A stretch of 56,815 nucleotides of DNA from Octopus bimaculoides (GCF_001194135.2 NC_068982.1:109698729-109755543); one strand, 5' to 3'; counted from the first letter of the stretch, positions 1 through 13,526 are shown. The notes: a model not told the origin generated them from the letters alone. Numbers and translations are program-made.

Positions 1-989
1 GTATATATTAATCTCGATAAACGTTTTCCACCTATCCAAACATATCAAAATGCATTCGCGGGCGTGTGCTTACGTATGTGTGCGAGTGTGTTTTCGTGTG
101 TTTGTATATGCATGTGTGAGTTCTTGTGGGTGTGTGTGTAAAAATTAAATGTATTGACTGCACAAAAATGTAGCTATATTTTGGAGTTGAATTTCTTTTT
201 GTGATAAATGTTTATAACGGAAAAATTATATTTCCTTAGAATATTATTAGGATAATTCTTTCGTATATGCTTAACAGTTTTTATATTATTTCCGTCAAAT
301 TAAATGAGATCGTTTAATATATGATGTCTTTTTATAAAAACGTATTGGCGATGTGACTGAACTGAAGAGACTATGTATAAAAACAGATACCGGTTTATTT
401 TTAAAAGATTAAGTTTTCTGTCAGTGTTTATTAAAAATATATTTCTTACAACAACTATAACAACAACAATAATAACTACAACAACAACAATAATAATAAT
501 AATAAGTTCTTACATAGGCGCAAGGGCACAAATTTTGTGAAGGTGAGATGTCGATTTCAACCAAACGAAATTCAGAGTCAACCCAAATTCAGATTTGAAC
601 TTTAAATGTAAGTTATCTAACTAAATGTTTGATGCTCAAAATTACGATTTCGACGGTTTGTACAGAAATGCTGTTAGGAGGGCGATAGTTGAATATTTCT
701 TCATAATTAATAGGAAAATTGCATTTGAAAACCGCTAAACATTTGTCACATTTCAGCTTCATTCATTAGGTAATTCTCCACCTTTGCTATCTCAAAATAA
801 TCCAGAAAACACAATATTCTGATTGGAAAGTATACTGTTCATACTCAAAATTGTAAATGCACTTATTTTTCGTTTCAATGATCTTAATATATCAGCAATA
901 TACAGACTGTCAAATCACAGAAGACAAGCAACTAATCTTATTGTTACTTTTAGATTTGAATCATCTGCTAACATCCATCTCTGTTGTCT

Positions 990-993
<4 letters not shown>

Positions 994-1035
<42 letters not shown>

Positions 1036-1086
1036 CTTCTTCTTCTTCTTCTTCTTCTTCTTCTTCTTCTTCTTCTTCTTCTTCTT

Positions 1087-1115
<29 letters not shown>
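994..1115 (+). repeat. Compound microsatellite (TC)n then (TTC)n
   Basis: Direct reading; explains the poly-L/poly-F ORFs at 823-1410 and 857-1180. Confidence 0.95.
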
Positions 1116-1117
<2 letters not shown>

Positions 1118-4100
1118 ACCCGTCTCTCTGCTATTCATCTTTCTCTGCTTTTATACATCTCTTTGCTGTCAAATGTTTAAATACATATTCCAACAGTATG
1201 CCATTGTTCTTTTTCTTTTACTCTTTCTTTGACACAATTATTTCACATGCCACCTTTTCTTTAGATATAGCTTTCAGTTATTTGGAAGTCATTACACTTT
1301 TTTATAGATTTACTTTCAGATGTTACGTAGCATGTTTAAATTCTTGGAACACTTTTCAGAATACTTTCACCGGGCGCAGTTCCTATACTAGTAACCGAGC
1401 CTCTTACTAGAATGATAATTGATGCGCTATCTATACCACACACTCATAAACTTCCTTATGTTGATTTTGCCGATTAGTTTCTTAATACTTTTAAATTCAA
1501 AATTTTTATCGAACACCCCACAGGGAAAATAGAATTGTCTACTATAGATCAGACTAGTTTAGACTAATTATTTCAAGATTGGAGCCATGAGACGATTTTG
1601 GTCAATTTTCAAATCAAATTATAAACGCATACTTATTTATTTTTTTTACTTATTTTTTACTTATTCTTTACTTTAAAACAGGAATTCTACAAAATCAAAT
1701 TCAAAAGTTTAAGGAGTGGTTGGTTTGAACGATATTTAAGTTTCAATAACTTAAAATTAATTTTATCGTATTGGGTTTTGTCTAAGTGCAATTTGTCTTA
1801 TCAAATTATAGAACATTTATTATTGCTAATGTATCATATATATTTACATAACGTCTCTATTTGTTGACCACTTATCTGTATTATCCATCACAAGAATAAG
1901 TTCGTGACTGTAAATACGAAAAAGACGAAGCTTCGCTCAATGTTAATTCAATGTTTTAATCGCTAAGAGATATGTTAGTTACCTACGTTTCTGCTTATTT
2001 TAATTATTTATGAATCATACGTTAAAAATTAGAGATATTCGTAATCATTATGAGTGTTTTTTTTTTTTTAATTAGGTAATGGTTTTCAATTTGCTTCAAT
2101 TAACCAAGTTATATTTTGTTCAGTAATATTGATAAGCAATGAGATATTTGTTAACATAATGCATGCTTGGCGACCGCTGTTCGTCCATCTGTGTGTTCTA
2201 CACATTACAAAGGCCCTGTCCTCCGGGTATCGTGTACTGTATAATTCCATGCTATGACTTGGATCAAGTTGTTAATGATTTTTGTTTATTATATATTTTT
2301 TACTTTTGTTTATTTACTCGGGTACATACTGCTAGTTTCCAATAAACGATAGGTGCTAAGTATTTATCTCTGTTACATTGGATCTTTACGCAATAATGCA
2401 TTTCAAAACAAATGTTCATGAATATACATGTGGATTTATGAGTGTCTGTATAAATTACATGCAGCTAGGTTCCATTGATTTATTTCTATAAAGTATCAAC
2501 ATTCCAAATGTAAAACACTTCGTCTTTTAGATTTCAGATTTCTATGAGTTCTCACTTATATAATAAAGATTTCAAGTAAACAATTTACAAAAATACATTT
2601 ATGGAGAAATGGTAACTGACTATAGAGGGGCAAATTACTGATACAGTGAAACTGATCGTGCTGTACAATTGGAAACTGGTCGAGAAGGCCATTATTATAA
2701 CAACATCATACGCTTGTAATAGTTTGAGTAGTTGTTCAACACCTTAGAGGCTACCTTATCATTGCAGCTGATCTCTGCGGAATATGAGTTTTGTGAATGA
2801 GGGAATTTGAATCCGCAAACTTCTGAATGCTCTAAAATATGAATATATTTTCTGAATTTTTCTTCAAGCTCGAAGCCAATATCAACTTTAATCAAAGTTG
2901 CAGCATATTTTCCACAGAAGAACAAGAAGCAATGGAGAGCCTTTGTAGGCGGGAGTAGAAATTTCATGTTCGAAATAAGAATGGCCTTCTTTTTGCTATT
3001 GATCAATCATATCAAACACAAGAATATACATGCATCGTGAGGATCTTCGTCACTGTTCCAAACGTACATACATACAAGTTCAATACAGATGCTGACATAG
3101 CTATTAACTTGATGGGAAAAATATAAATTTGTCAATATTTATACGAATAAATATATAAATATTAATAAGCATACACTCGTTTCAGCAAACATACACAGAC
3201 ATATACTCATAAATATACGTACACATATACATATATACAAGGACACGTTGATGCAAATACGCACAATTGCGCACACATGCATAAACGGACACACATACAC
3301 ACACTCACACTCATACATATAATGAGCATTTATATATTAATTTCATATCCTGCATCACATATAAGATCTACGAAACTACTACATAAAGATATGTGTGTGT
3401 GTATGTATCTTTTNNNNNNNNNNNNNNNNNNNNNNNNNNNNNNNNNNNNNNNNNNNNNNNNNNNNNNNNNNNNNNNNNNNNNNNNNNNNNNNNNNNNNNN
3501 NNNNNNNNNNNNNNNNNNNNNNNNNNNNNNNNNNNNNNNNNNNNNNNNNNNNNNNNNNNNNNNNNNNNNNNNNNNNNNNNNNNNNNNNNNNNNNNNNNNN
3601 NNNNNNNNNNNNNNNNNNNNNNNNNNNNNNNNNNNNNNNNNNNNNNNNNNNNNNNNNNNNNNNNNNNNNNNNNNNNNNNNNNNNNNNNNNNNNNNNNNNN
3701 NNNNNNNNNNNNNNNNNNNNNNNNNNNNNNNNNNNNNNNNNNNNNNATATATATACATATATATATATTTATATATAAACATATATATATATTTCTTCAT
3801 ATGCTTGTACTCATTATTTATTATCAATACGCGTGCTTACTTCTTATACAATGCAATAATAGACAACGTGGTAACCTCACCATAAAATTAACTTAAATCT
3901 ACTATCGTAAATGAGAAGTGAAAAAGACATTTAAGAAAAAGGAATATATCAGAGACTGAAAGAACGCTACTATTGGAACGGCAAATACACGCAGACACAT
4001 GCACATATGCTAACGCCTTGAAAGACACACAGACGAAAATGCACAAACACACCAAACAAAATCACCCAGATTATATTTGAAAACAATTATTATGATGAAG

Positions 4101-5428
4101 ATAATATCATTATTATTATTATCCTTCTTATTGTTAACGTTATTGATAACCAATTTGATATTTACTTTCAGTTCTTCATAAAAACAACTTAAACAGAAAT
4201 CATTTTTCAGTTTTATAGCTCATGTCTGTTAAAGAGATGATTGAATTCCCTTTCAGGTCTAATTTGCTGGATTCACTTGTGAATACTCGCGAGAATAATA
4301 CGAATAATCGTAGCGCGTATCACCTTAAAGTTCTTCAATTTTAACAAAAATGCCTTTTGTTCTTTATAGCTCTTTTTCCTCTATCGCCAGTAACGACAGA
4401 ACCAAAATTGTATGTAAAATGTATAAGTGGATATGAATGAGTTAAAATGGATACCGAATGAAAGATGTTATTGAAATACTGTTTCATATAGTTAAACGAT
4501 TCAGGTTTGTACGCAAGTAAGAGTTCAAACGAAACGTTAACTGTATCATTTTCACCGATCTACAAAAACTATGACCACATCCCTTTCTTCCAGGCGAAAT
4601 CAACGAAACCAAAAATATACCGAAATGGCAAAGTGGTGAATTCTTGTACAAAATTGATTGGATGTTACTGAAATGTAGCAGCTGCGAAAAAGTCAATAAT
4701 GAGTGTAACATTAGAATTCTCAAAGATTATCAAGCTGAAAGGAAAAATATATCAGCAAAAAAAATCAAAATGCTTTCAGTGCACTTTTCAAGCAAATAAG
4801 GAAATATTGTCTATTTTTAAAATTATAAGCTGAAAATGGAATGAACTTATTAAAAGGATTGACTATCAATATTTAAACCATAAAGCATGCGTAATTATTG
4901 GTACCTGATATCTCAGATTGAAATAAATCAACTTAATAGAAAACAAGTTTTTTAGTAAGAAGTCGCGAAAATTATTTCAAGCAGAGGACATCATTACGTG
5001 TTCTATAATTTTGAAAAGGATAGTGATAAGGAGAGAGGGTGTAGCACACACAAAAGCATACATACATATATATAAACATATATATATTTACATATATATA
5101 TATATANNNNNNNNNNNNNNNNNNNNNNNNNNNNNNNNNNNNNNNNNNNNNNNNNNNNNNNNNNNNNNNNNNNNNNNNNNNNNNNNNNNNNNNNNNNNNN
5201 NNNNNNNNNNNNNNNNNNNNNNNNNNNNNNNNNNNNNNNNNNNNNNNNNNNNNNNNNNNNNNNNNNNNNNNNNNNNNNNNNNNNNNNNNNNNNNNNNNNN
5301 NNNNNNNNNNNNNNNNNNNNNNNNNNNNNNNNNNNNNNNNNNNNNNNNNNNNNNNNNNNNNNNNNNNNNNNNNNNNNNNNNNNNNNNNNNNNNNNNNNNN
5401 NNNNNNNNNNNNNNNNNNNNNNNNNNNN

Positions 5429-5463
<35 letters not shown>

Positions 5464-5599
5464 TGGTATATTGCGTTAGGAACGTGGTAGAATTCAGTAT
5501 AAAGCTCGTCCATCTTCAGTATTGCCCATTACTATCCAGTAGTATTATTATATACCTCCAAGTTGAAGTTTGGGCATTCATCGTGTGTGAATATAAAAT

Positions 5600-5767
5600 T
5601 GAAGAAATTGGAGTCAGCATCGCCTGAGGAAAACACTAGGTCTCATTATGTAAACAAACAGTTGCATAATCAAATACATGTATTCTTGGAGAACTACGTT
5701 TCGTCGAAACAATTGTAGCGATTAAAAAATAACTATCCAACTCTTCTTGCTGACTCCAATTTCTTCA
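5600..5767 (+). ncRNA. Type I hammerhead-ribozyme-like motif with extended stem I and large stem II
   Basis: ATCGC(5619-23)-CTGAGGA(5624-30)...GAAA(5706-09)-CAATTG-TA(5716-17)-GCGAT(5718-22). Stem I is ATCGC/GCGAT and stem III the palindrome ACAATTGT with a GUA cleavage triplet. 5600-5618 is the exact reverse complement of 5749-5767. The stem II closure is non-canonical. Confidence 0.55.
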
Positions 5768-5786
5768 GTTATATATACATGCACAC

Positions 5787-5817
<31 letters not shown>

Positions 5818-5962
5818 CATATATATANNNNNNNNNNNNNNNNNNNNNNNNNNNNNNNNNNNNNNNNNNNNNNNNNNNNNNNNNNNNNNNNNNNNNNNNN
5901 NNNNNNNNNNNNNNNNNNNNNNNNNNNNNNNNNNNNNNNNNNNNNNNNNNNNNNNNNNNNNN

Positions 5963-6005
<43 letters not shown>

Positions 6006-6029
6006 TTGATATAGATATATATATATATA

Positions 6030-7296
6030 TTGTTATCCCATAAATAATGAGGTTTTTTATACTTTTATTTTTCAAAATTAAGATAAACTCTTTTTTGATT
6101 TAAAATATACTAACCTTCATGTTCTACAATGCTCTTCCATCTATCTGGTAGACTTGTAAGGCCCTTCTTCCAAAATTCACTTGTCCGTGGCGAAAAATAC
6201 TCCTCCTGTACTGTTCTGACCTCGTCTAGAGAATTCATATTTTTTTCTGTCCAAATGATTTTGAAGACTGCAGAATAAATGATAATCAGATGGGGCAATG
6301 TCCGGTGAATATGGTCAGTGGGGCATCGTTTCCCATTCAAACTTCTCCAGCCTTTGGAATGTCATCTTCACTGTATGTGGCTGAGCATTATCCAGATGGA
6401 AGAACACATTTTGTCTTGAAACCAAAGATGGTGGTTTTTCTTCTAGCGCTGACTAAGCCACTCAAGCTGCTCGCAGTAGATCTCCTTTCTTATCGTTTGG
6501 TTTGGGTTTAAAAGTTCAAAGTGGACTAAACCTTTCATATCTCACCAAACAGATAATAATACCTTACATGGGTGAAAACCTGAGGTTCCGGTGTTTCTCC
6601 TTTCCGTACCCACTGTCTTCGGCGCTTGACATTGTTACAGAGAACCCATTTCTCATCACCAGTCACTATTCAGTCCACAAAAGGTTCATTCGTGAGACGT
6701 AAAAGCAAAGAAGAGTACACATTCACTCTCTGCGCGCGATTAGACTCAGAAAGTTTGTGAGGAACCCATTGACCGAATTTGTTGACTTTTCCGATGACAC
6801 ACAGGTATTGATGAATAGTTGAATGACCAAATACAAGCTTCTCTGCTAGTTCCTCAACAGTTACGATCGGATTTTGTTCCACCAGGTTTTGCAGGATGTC
6901 CTTGTTGAGCTCTACAGATCTTACAGGACGAGGTTCGTTTTCTAGGCTGTAGTTTCCGGCTCGGAATTTCAGAAAATACCGATGACACTGGCTTGCGCTT
7001 AGTTCCGATCCTCATATACTGCATTAATATTCCTCGCACTTTCCGTTGCGTTGTTGCCTTTGTTGAACTCATAAATCCAAATATGCCGAAGATGGTCCTT
7101 TGCCACTTACATTATAGCTTTGAAAAAATATCAGTTAAAATCGAACCGTAATCTTCAAAACTTGCACTAAGAATAAGTCCAAGGTAAAATTATTACCTGC
7201 TATTTTAGCAAGTTGTTGCAGGTACTTTATACCGTCCCCCTCCCACCTTTAATTCAAGCAAGTGAAAAAACCGCATTATTTATTGGGATGACCCAA
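6030..7296 (-). mobile_element. Full-length, inactive mariner (Tc1/mariner) DNA transposon, ~1.27 kb
   Basis: Degenerate TIRs: TTGTTATCCCATAAATAATGAGGTTTTTT (6030-6058, preceded by TA) versus the reverse complement of 7265-7296, TTGGGTCATCCCAATAAATAATGCGGTTTTTT. Mariner transposase motifs lie on the minus strand between them. Confidence 0.92.
6110..7112 (-). pseudogene. Disrupted mariner transposase
   Basis: Minus-strand motifs in order: HIWIYEFNKGNNATESARNINAVY, WVPHKL, IVTGDEKWV (~6640-6670), HLDNAQPH, PYSPDIAPSDYHLF (~6280-6325), FWKKGLTSLPDRWKSIVEHEG. The start ATG at 7112 is followed directly by TAA; further stops and frameshifts follow. Confidence 0.92.
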
Positions 7297-7974
7297 GATA
7301 TATATACACACTTCCATCGTAAGGGAACCAACTTGACATGCACCGTTTCTTGGGCATTTTAAATCCGGTCTAAACACACTCGATATTTCCAGAGAGATAT
7401 AGAGAGACTGATATATATGTAAAAGAATTGTAGCGAGATTACAGCATTTTTTTTTTACTCAGAATTTCATGACCATGCCTTTGGATATTACTCGATGACA
7501 AGTGTTCTTACTTGGCTCACTTTTACATTGGCAAAGACTCCCCCTAACTGATGTGTGGAGAACATCAGGAAGCTGTCTTTAGTTTTAATTTTATACAGGA
7601 ACATTACTTTTCTTCTCTTTCGCTCTTGAGTGACAACTTCAGCTGGAAAGGCATTTGTCTCTGTAACATAAAGATACTACATAGCCTTCCTTTCGTCAAA
7701 ATAATCCGTATCCAAAACTGGTCTGTTTGCAAGATCAGGTCGCAAAAGACAAAACTGGCCCTGCACTTAAATTTGTTATTAAGAAATACGAAGTTACTTT
7801 TGTCTGACAACGTTTATACATACATACATACATACATACATACATACATACATACATTTGGACATCAGAACTCTCTGCATTCAATAAAACAGTGGCCCAC
7901 AATGTGTTTGCAGTGCCAGTAATCATGCCAACATTTGGGCTGCTTGATTGGATGCTTGGTGAGATTCGAGTGCT

Positions 7975-8112
7975 CAACTAGTATTCATTTTATTGATCCC
8001 GAGAGGATGAAAGGCAAATTCGATCTCGGTGGAATTTGATCTCAGAACGTAAAGTCGGACGAAATGTCGCTAAGTGTTTTACTCGGTGAACTAATGATTC
8101 TACCAACACGTT
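7975..8112 (-). mobile_element. SINE family A (tRNA-like head, normally (ATT)n-tailed), partial
   Basis: Reverse complement aligns by eye to the copies at 28276 and 45090 (gagttcaaattccgccgaggtcgactttgc...catcctttcgggg). Confidence 0.7.
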
Positions 8113-8118
8113 TAATAC

Positions 8119-8251
<133 letters not shown>

Positions 8252-9488
8252 GGGTGAGGAGGCTAATGTAGCCAAAGCTAAATGGTTCAAATCTAGGAAA
8301 GGCTGTAAATACTTAGGTAGTATCATTACGTTGACACTCAGCAGATTTTGTAGATTGGACAAAATCTGAATTAGCAAAGCTAGACGGAAGAACTTGAAAG
8401 AATTCAATATGAGTGGAGGGATCCACCCGAGAGCAGGTGTAGCATGATTATACTTACCCAGAAAGGAAAGTGGAAGAGGGTTAATATCAGTAGAAGACCG
8501 CTTGGAGTTAGCTAGAGTAGATATAGACTCTTATGTAGTAAATAGTAAAGAAAGTTTATCAAGAGCTGCTAGAGTCACAGCAGGACATAAGTAAATCAAA
8601 AAGCCAAATGAAGTTAAAAACCAGAAAAACCAACAAAGTTATCTGATTAGCAGGAGAAGGCGTTGTATGGTAGATTCTCAAAAATAGTTGCAGCAAATAG
8701 TTGTAGTGAGACATGGCTATGGTTGCAGAACGGAAGGCTGAAAGGGGGAACAGAAAGTTTGTTAGTGGCAGCATAAGATCAAGCATTAAGGACTAATTGG
8801 ATAATAGCCAAGATAGTCAAAAACCAAGTAGATTCCCAATGTAGGTTATGCAAATCAAAAGGAAAGTGTTGTTCATATAGTAAGTGAATGTGGCATGCTA
8901 GCACAGAAAGAATACAAGAAAAGACATGGCAACTGAGGGAGAGTAATCCACTGAAAGTTATGTAGAAAGCTAGGATTTGACCATACTGATAAATGGAATG
9001 AGCATTAATCAGGCAAAGTACTAGAAAGTAAGAAATACAAGATGTAGGACTTTAAAATTCAGATTAACAGAGTAATAGAAGCTAAAAAACCTGATTTGGT
9101 AGTAGTAGGTAAAGAGAATAGAAAGTGCAAGATAATTGACTTTACAGTTCCAAATGATGAAAAAAATCAATATGAGAGGTATAGAAAAAGTAGCAAAGTG
9201 CCATTGCCATTGAATTAAAAAATAGCAAAGTACCTAGCCATTGAATTAAAGAGACTATGGAAAGTGCAGGTAAAATGTATCCCAGTAGTTATAGGTGCAT
9301 TGGGAACTATCCCAAATATTTGAACAAATAGATAGAGGAAATAGGCACAAAACCCAGTTCAGTACATCTCCAGAAAACATTGTTATTAAGGACAGCAGGA
9401 TACTTAGGAGGGTTCTTGGCATCTAAGGTTACTTCTTGTAGCCCGATGATAAGAATTTTTCTTTTCCAACAGCCTAATCTGTTGTGCG
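8252..9488 (+). mobile_element. 5'-truncated R4/Dong-like non-LTR retrotransposon (RT C-terminus, CCHC knuckle, restriction-like endonuclease), decayed
   Basis: Hand translation across stops and frameshifts: GIHPRAGVA*LYLPRKESGRGLISVED, ETESLLVAA*DQALRTNW, CRLC(8840-8851)..HIVSEC, KPDLVVV(~9087-9107)..IIDFTVP, PVVIGALGTIP. Ends ~9426 with a short 3' UTR, then (TAA)n. Confidence 0.85.
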
Positions 9489-9553
<65 letters not shown>

Positions 9554-9566
9554 CAACAACAACAAC

Positions 9567-9623
<57 letters not shown>
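9489..9623 (+). repeat. (TAA)n-(CAA)6-(TAA)n microsatellite
   Basis: Direct reading. Confidence 0.95.
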
Positions 9624-9625
<2 letters not shown>

Positions 9626-9770
9626 GCAACTCTCCAGTCCTTGCCAAGTCTGAATATATATACAGACATGACAAAGGAAGCAATTATATCCACTGGAAAA
9701 TATGGCAACATTACCACATCAAAACTGACAACAGGTGGTATAAGCATATGCCAAGCAAGGTACAAGACAA
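9624..9770 (+). mobile_element. Short internal fragment of a second R4/Dong-like family
   Basis: SPVLAKSEYIYRHDKGSNYIHWKIWQHYHIKTDNRWYKHMP matches the post-CCHC segment (C.LA..EY..RHD....IHW.....WY.H.P) seen in the neighbouring element. Confidence 0.7.
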
Positions 9771-10700
9771 CGACTGCGTGCATATCGAACTTGGGAACTT
9801 GCTGAGGTATTTATCCCAAAATGAGATGTTGCTGGTGGCAGTTAGAGACGGGGGCATATTGAAAACAGTATAAAAGAACATAAATACAAGAAGGCCATGA
9901 AGAAGCACAGCGGAACAACAGACTATACAATCAGTTTCATCTAGCCACAACTGAAGTTTCTGGAGAACATAGGTAGGGTTGGTTGAAAAAGGGAACACTG
10001 GAAAAAGAGACTGGGAGTACAATACTGGCTGCGTAAGACCAAGATTTGATCACAAATTGGAGGGTCAACTTTAGGAATGAGCAAGAAACTCTTCCTTGTG
10101 CTGGATATGTAATAGAGCTGGCGAAATCATTGCCCATATTGTGAACGAATGCCCTCGACTTGCTAAAAGCCAATAAAAGTTGTGGAAATACGATGAGATA
10201 GCGAAAGTACCACGGTGGAAACTGAAAAGTTGGGGCTAGAGATTGGCAAGACTTGGCATGTGCACAACCCAGAGTGGCAGAGTCGGAGACCTGCAAAACC
10301 CTGTGGGATTTCCCAATCCAAATGAACCAGTTGTTTGAACACAACCAGCGGGACCTGGTGGTGGTGAACAAGGTGAGTCACATGTGCTCTATAATTGATG
10401 TTGCGTGCCCCTTTGATCCACGAATGTTCAAGAAGGAAAGCAACAAAATAAATATATACAACCCTCTTCAATAGGAGATGACTCAACTGTGGCAAATGAA
10501 AAAGATTAAATTAATGCCAAATTTTGTTGCGTCCTAGGATACAGTATCAGAAGTCATCAAGAGGAATACAAAGACAATGAGAATAGAGTGCCCAGTGGAC
10601 CTGTTACAAAAGATTTTCCTCCTTGGCGCATCCAAAATCATCAGGAAAGTATTAGATATTTGAAAAGAACAGATAGCATGATACTGTAGGCTGCACGTAG
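9771..10700 (+). mobile_element. 3' part of a third R4/Dong-like family, decayed
   Basis: GWLKKGTLEKETGSTILAA*DQ, C..IC...GEIIAHIVNEC, KTLWDFPIQMNQLFEHNQRDLVVVNK..IIDVACPFD, LLQKIFLLGASKIIRKVLDI* (stop ~10661). Confidence 0.8.
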
Positions 10701-10929
10701 CTAGTCACTATGCATTCAAGACTCCATCTCCGGCTCTTAGAACGGTGCTATTTTTATGTACGCACACATTTTAGATTATATTCGTGATAAAACCCACTAG
10801 GCTAATAGCAAAGGTTTTCAATGTTATAATTAGCTGTTTCAAGGAACAGAGGTTGTTCGAAAATAGCTAAAAGCGTATCACTCATATTCAGATCTAACCG
10901 ATACAGCCGTAACTCTGCCTCTTTTCCTC

Positions 10930-11070
10930 CATACCGGTTGATCCCTACTCACCATGTAGACTCATCACCAATTACTATTTTCATTCTGTTATTCCTAGAA
11001 TTTCAGCTTTCTGGAATGTCCTTCCCATCTGTGTTCTGCCTGCAAATATCAACTACATCAATATCAATAA
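10930..11070 (+). mobile_element. CR1/L2-type LINE ORF2 C-terminal remnant
   Basis: TNYYFHSVIPRISAFWNVLPICVLPANIN resembles the terminal SF.PR....WN.LP motif of CR1-group LINEs. Confidence 0.45.
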
Positions 11071-11933
11071 TATCGGAGGGACTGCGAATGCCATGGTTAT
11101 TTTTCTTCCTTTGACTAATATCCGAGTAAAACAAATAACAGGATAAAGTAAGTAATGATAATCATAGACTACCTTACGTCATAGTGACGTAATTAAATCC
11201 TATAGTATTTTTATAAGTGGAATTGAAATTGATTCCATATTTGATTCATCGTACTACATTCTATTTTATACCACAAGGATAAAGTCTGTAGTTTATTTTA
11301 TTTTGATTGGGTGTACTTCTATTTATGTGAGAGCCTATAGTATTTAGCTGTTGCCTCAGAAAAGTTCTAGTATTAATTCTATCGCTTCCCGAGCGGTTTG
11401 ATCTGAAAACAGTGCGACAACAAATGAATGCAACAATATCAAACGGTTTTCGAATGAATTTGCAAATTGGTATTAATATTTCAATAGATATAAATTATTG
11501 ATATTTCATGGAGATATTAAACTGAAGATGTAAAAACTAAAATATTTTTGATACGGAATAATTCATAGATTTTGAAAATTTTAGTAGATACATAATATAT
11601 AATACCAAGTCAATAATACATTGTTTGTAAAATATTTCGTAAAATATATTGTGTATTTATTCAGATATATAACAGAGATACGAATGCAAATTGAAGAACC
11701 AGAAAGTCTTCGAAAAAGCAAAACATCTTGAGTATACAAAAAGATCTGGAGATTTCCATGAATAAATCAAAGTGCCTGGAGGTTTTCTTCTTAATAAAGT
11801 AAAATGCTTTTGTCATTCATCGCTTCAGCCATATTTGACAGGCAATGTTTCTGCATTTGGTCGTTTTCAAAATGTGACAAAAATGGTCCATAATAACATT
11901 AGACTGCGTACATACGCACGCACCATATGCATA

Positions 11934-11966
<33 letters not shown>

Positions 11967-12591
11967 NNNNNNNNNNNNNNNNNNNNNNNNNNNNNNNNNN
12001 NNNNNNNNNNNNNNNNNNNNNNNNNNNNNNNNNNNNNNNNNNNNNNNNNNNNNNNNNNNNNNNNNNNNNNNNNNNNNNNNNNNNNNNNNNNNNNNNNNNN
12101 NNNNNNNNNNNNNNNNNNNNNNNNNNNNNNNNNNNNNNNNNNNNNNNNNNNNNNNNNNNNNNNNNNNNNNNNNNNNNNNNNNNNNNNNNNNNNNNNNNNN
12201 NNNNNNNNNNNNNNNNNNNNNNNNNNNNNNNNNNNNNNNNNNNNNNNNNNNNNNNNNNNNNNNNNNNNNNNNNNNNNNNNNNNNNNNNNNNNNNNNNNNN
12301 NNNNNNNNNNNNNNNNNNNNNNNNNNNNNNNNNNNNNNNNNNNNNNNNNNNNNNNNNNNNNNNNNNNNNNNNNNNNNNNNNNNNNNNNNNNNNNNNNNNN
12401 NNNNNNNNNNNNNNNNNNNNNNNNNNNNNNNNNNNNNNNNNNNNNNNNNNNNNNNNNNNNNNNNNNNNNNNNNNNNNNNNNNNNNNNNNNNNNNNNNNNN
12501 NNNNNNNNNNNNNNNNNNNNNNNNNNNNNNNNNNNNNNNNNNNNNNNNNNNNNNNNNNNNNNNNNNNNNNNNNNNNNNNNNNNNNNNNNNN

Positions 12592-12626
<35 letters not shown>

Positions 12627-13526
12627 GACAGATACACACACGTGTGTGAGCGTGTGTATGTGTGTGTGTCTGTTTATGTGCGTTTATATGTATAATACAT
12701 ATACACATGCATAAACACATGCACACACATATTTAAGGATTATATTTCTACTTCGAAATTAGCTGGTTTCTTACCACAACCACTCAGATACTCCGACCAA
12801 CATTGACTGCATTAAACTAACTGGTCTTTGATGGCCTGCAGATGTCATGAGCATTGCTCCTTCCTCAAACTCAGAAGCTGTTAAGATGTAGTAATTTTTA
12901 TACGTTACCCACCATCAGAAAACGTCGTATTATGCGCAATAAATGAATTGATTAATCCACGCTGTCAGCATTATGCAAATGCATTATAAAAAGCCATTAA
13001 TCTCTGTGTGGTTGTAAAAAGGGTATCATTTTTTTTTTTCATTAGGCTCTAAGAAGAATAGAAACTACTCCGATTGGTCCTATTTTTTTCACTGTGAAAG
13101 AGATAAACGCTATAGTGTAGCCGCTTTGTTTACTTTTCACAGCAAGTTTGAAATTGTGTTTATTAAAATTGTATGCTTTGAATTACACTATATTTCAAAC
13201 TATCGGAAAATACTGTGTAGTGCATTATGAATTAATATGTAAGTTTGTATGAATTAATGCGTATGTATGTATGTGAGTGCTTTATATATGTGGGGGCACG
13301 CGTGTGCGTGTATATATATAGGCAGATGTTCTCTATATAGAATATACTTCGAAGTACTCAAGAGATATGAACTTGAGCCGGTAGATGAGTAAATGTAATG
13401 AGAAGCAAGTTAGGCAAGTCGATTACACCGAATATTGAATATATTTTAATAGAACAAAATGTACATGTGTATGGATATAAAATAGTCCCACTTACAAAAT
13501 ATATGTACGTATGTATGTACGTACTA

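Noticed and set aside
505-600. SINE A 3' end on the minus strand after (AAC/AAT)n
   Set aside because: Only ~25 nt (tacataggcgcaagggcacaaatttt) resemble the family; too degraded to call.
1370-1580. Possible DNA-transposon terminal sequence (also ~36820-36930)
   Set aside because: It looks repeat-like, but no TIR pair, TSD or second copy exists in the window.
2600-3006. Coding exon or the 103-aa minus-strand ORF
   Set aside because: Plus frames are broken by stops, and the minus ORF has no recognisable motif.
13135-13160. miR-2-like sequence TTTCACAGCAAGTTTGA
   Set aside because: Seed mismatch and hairpin geometry inconsistent with a miR-2 precursor.
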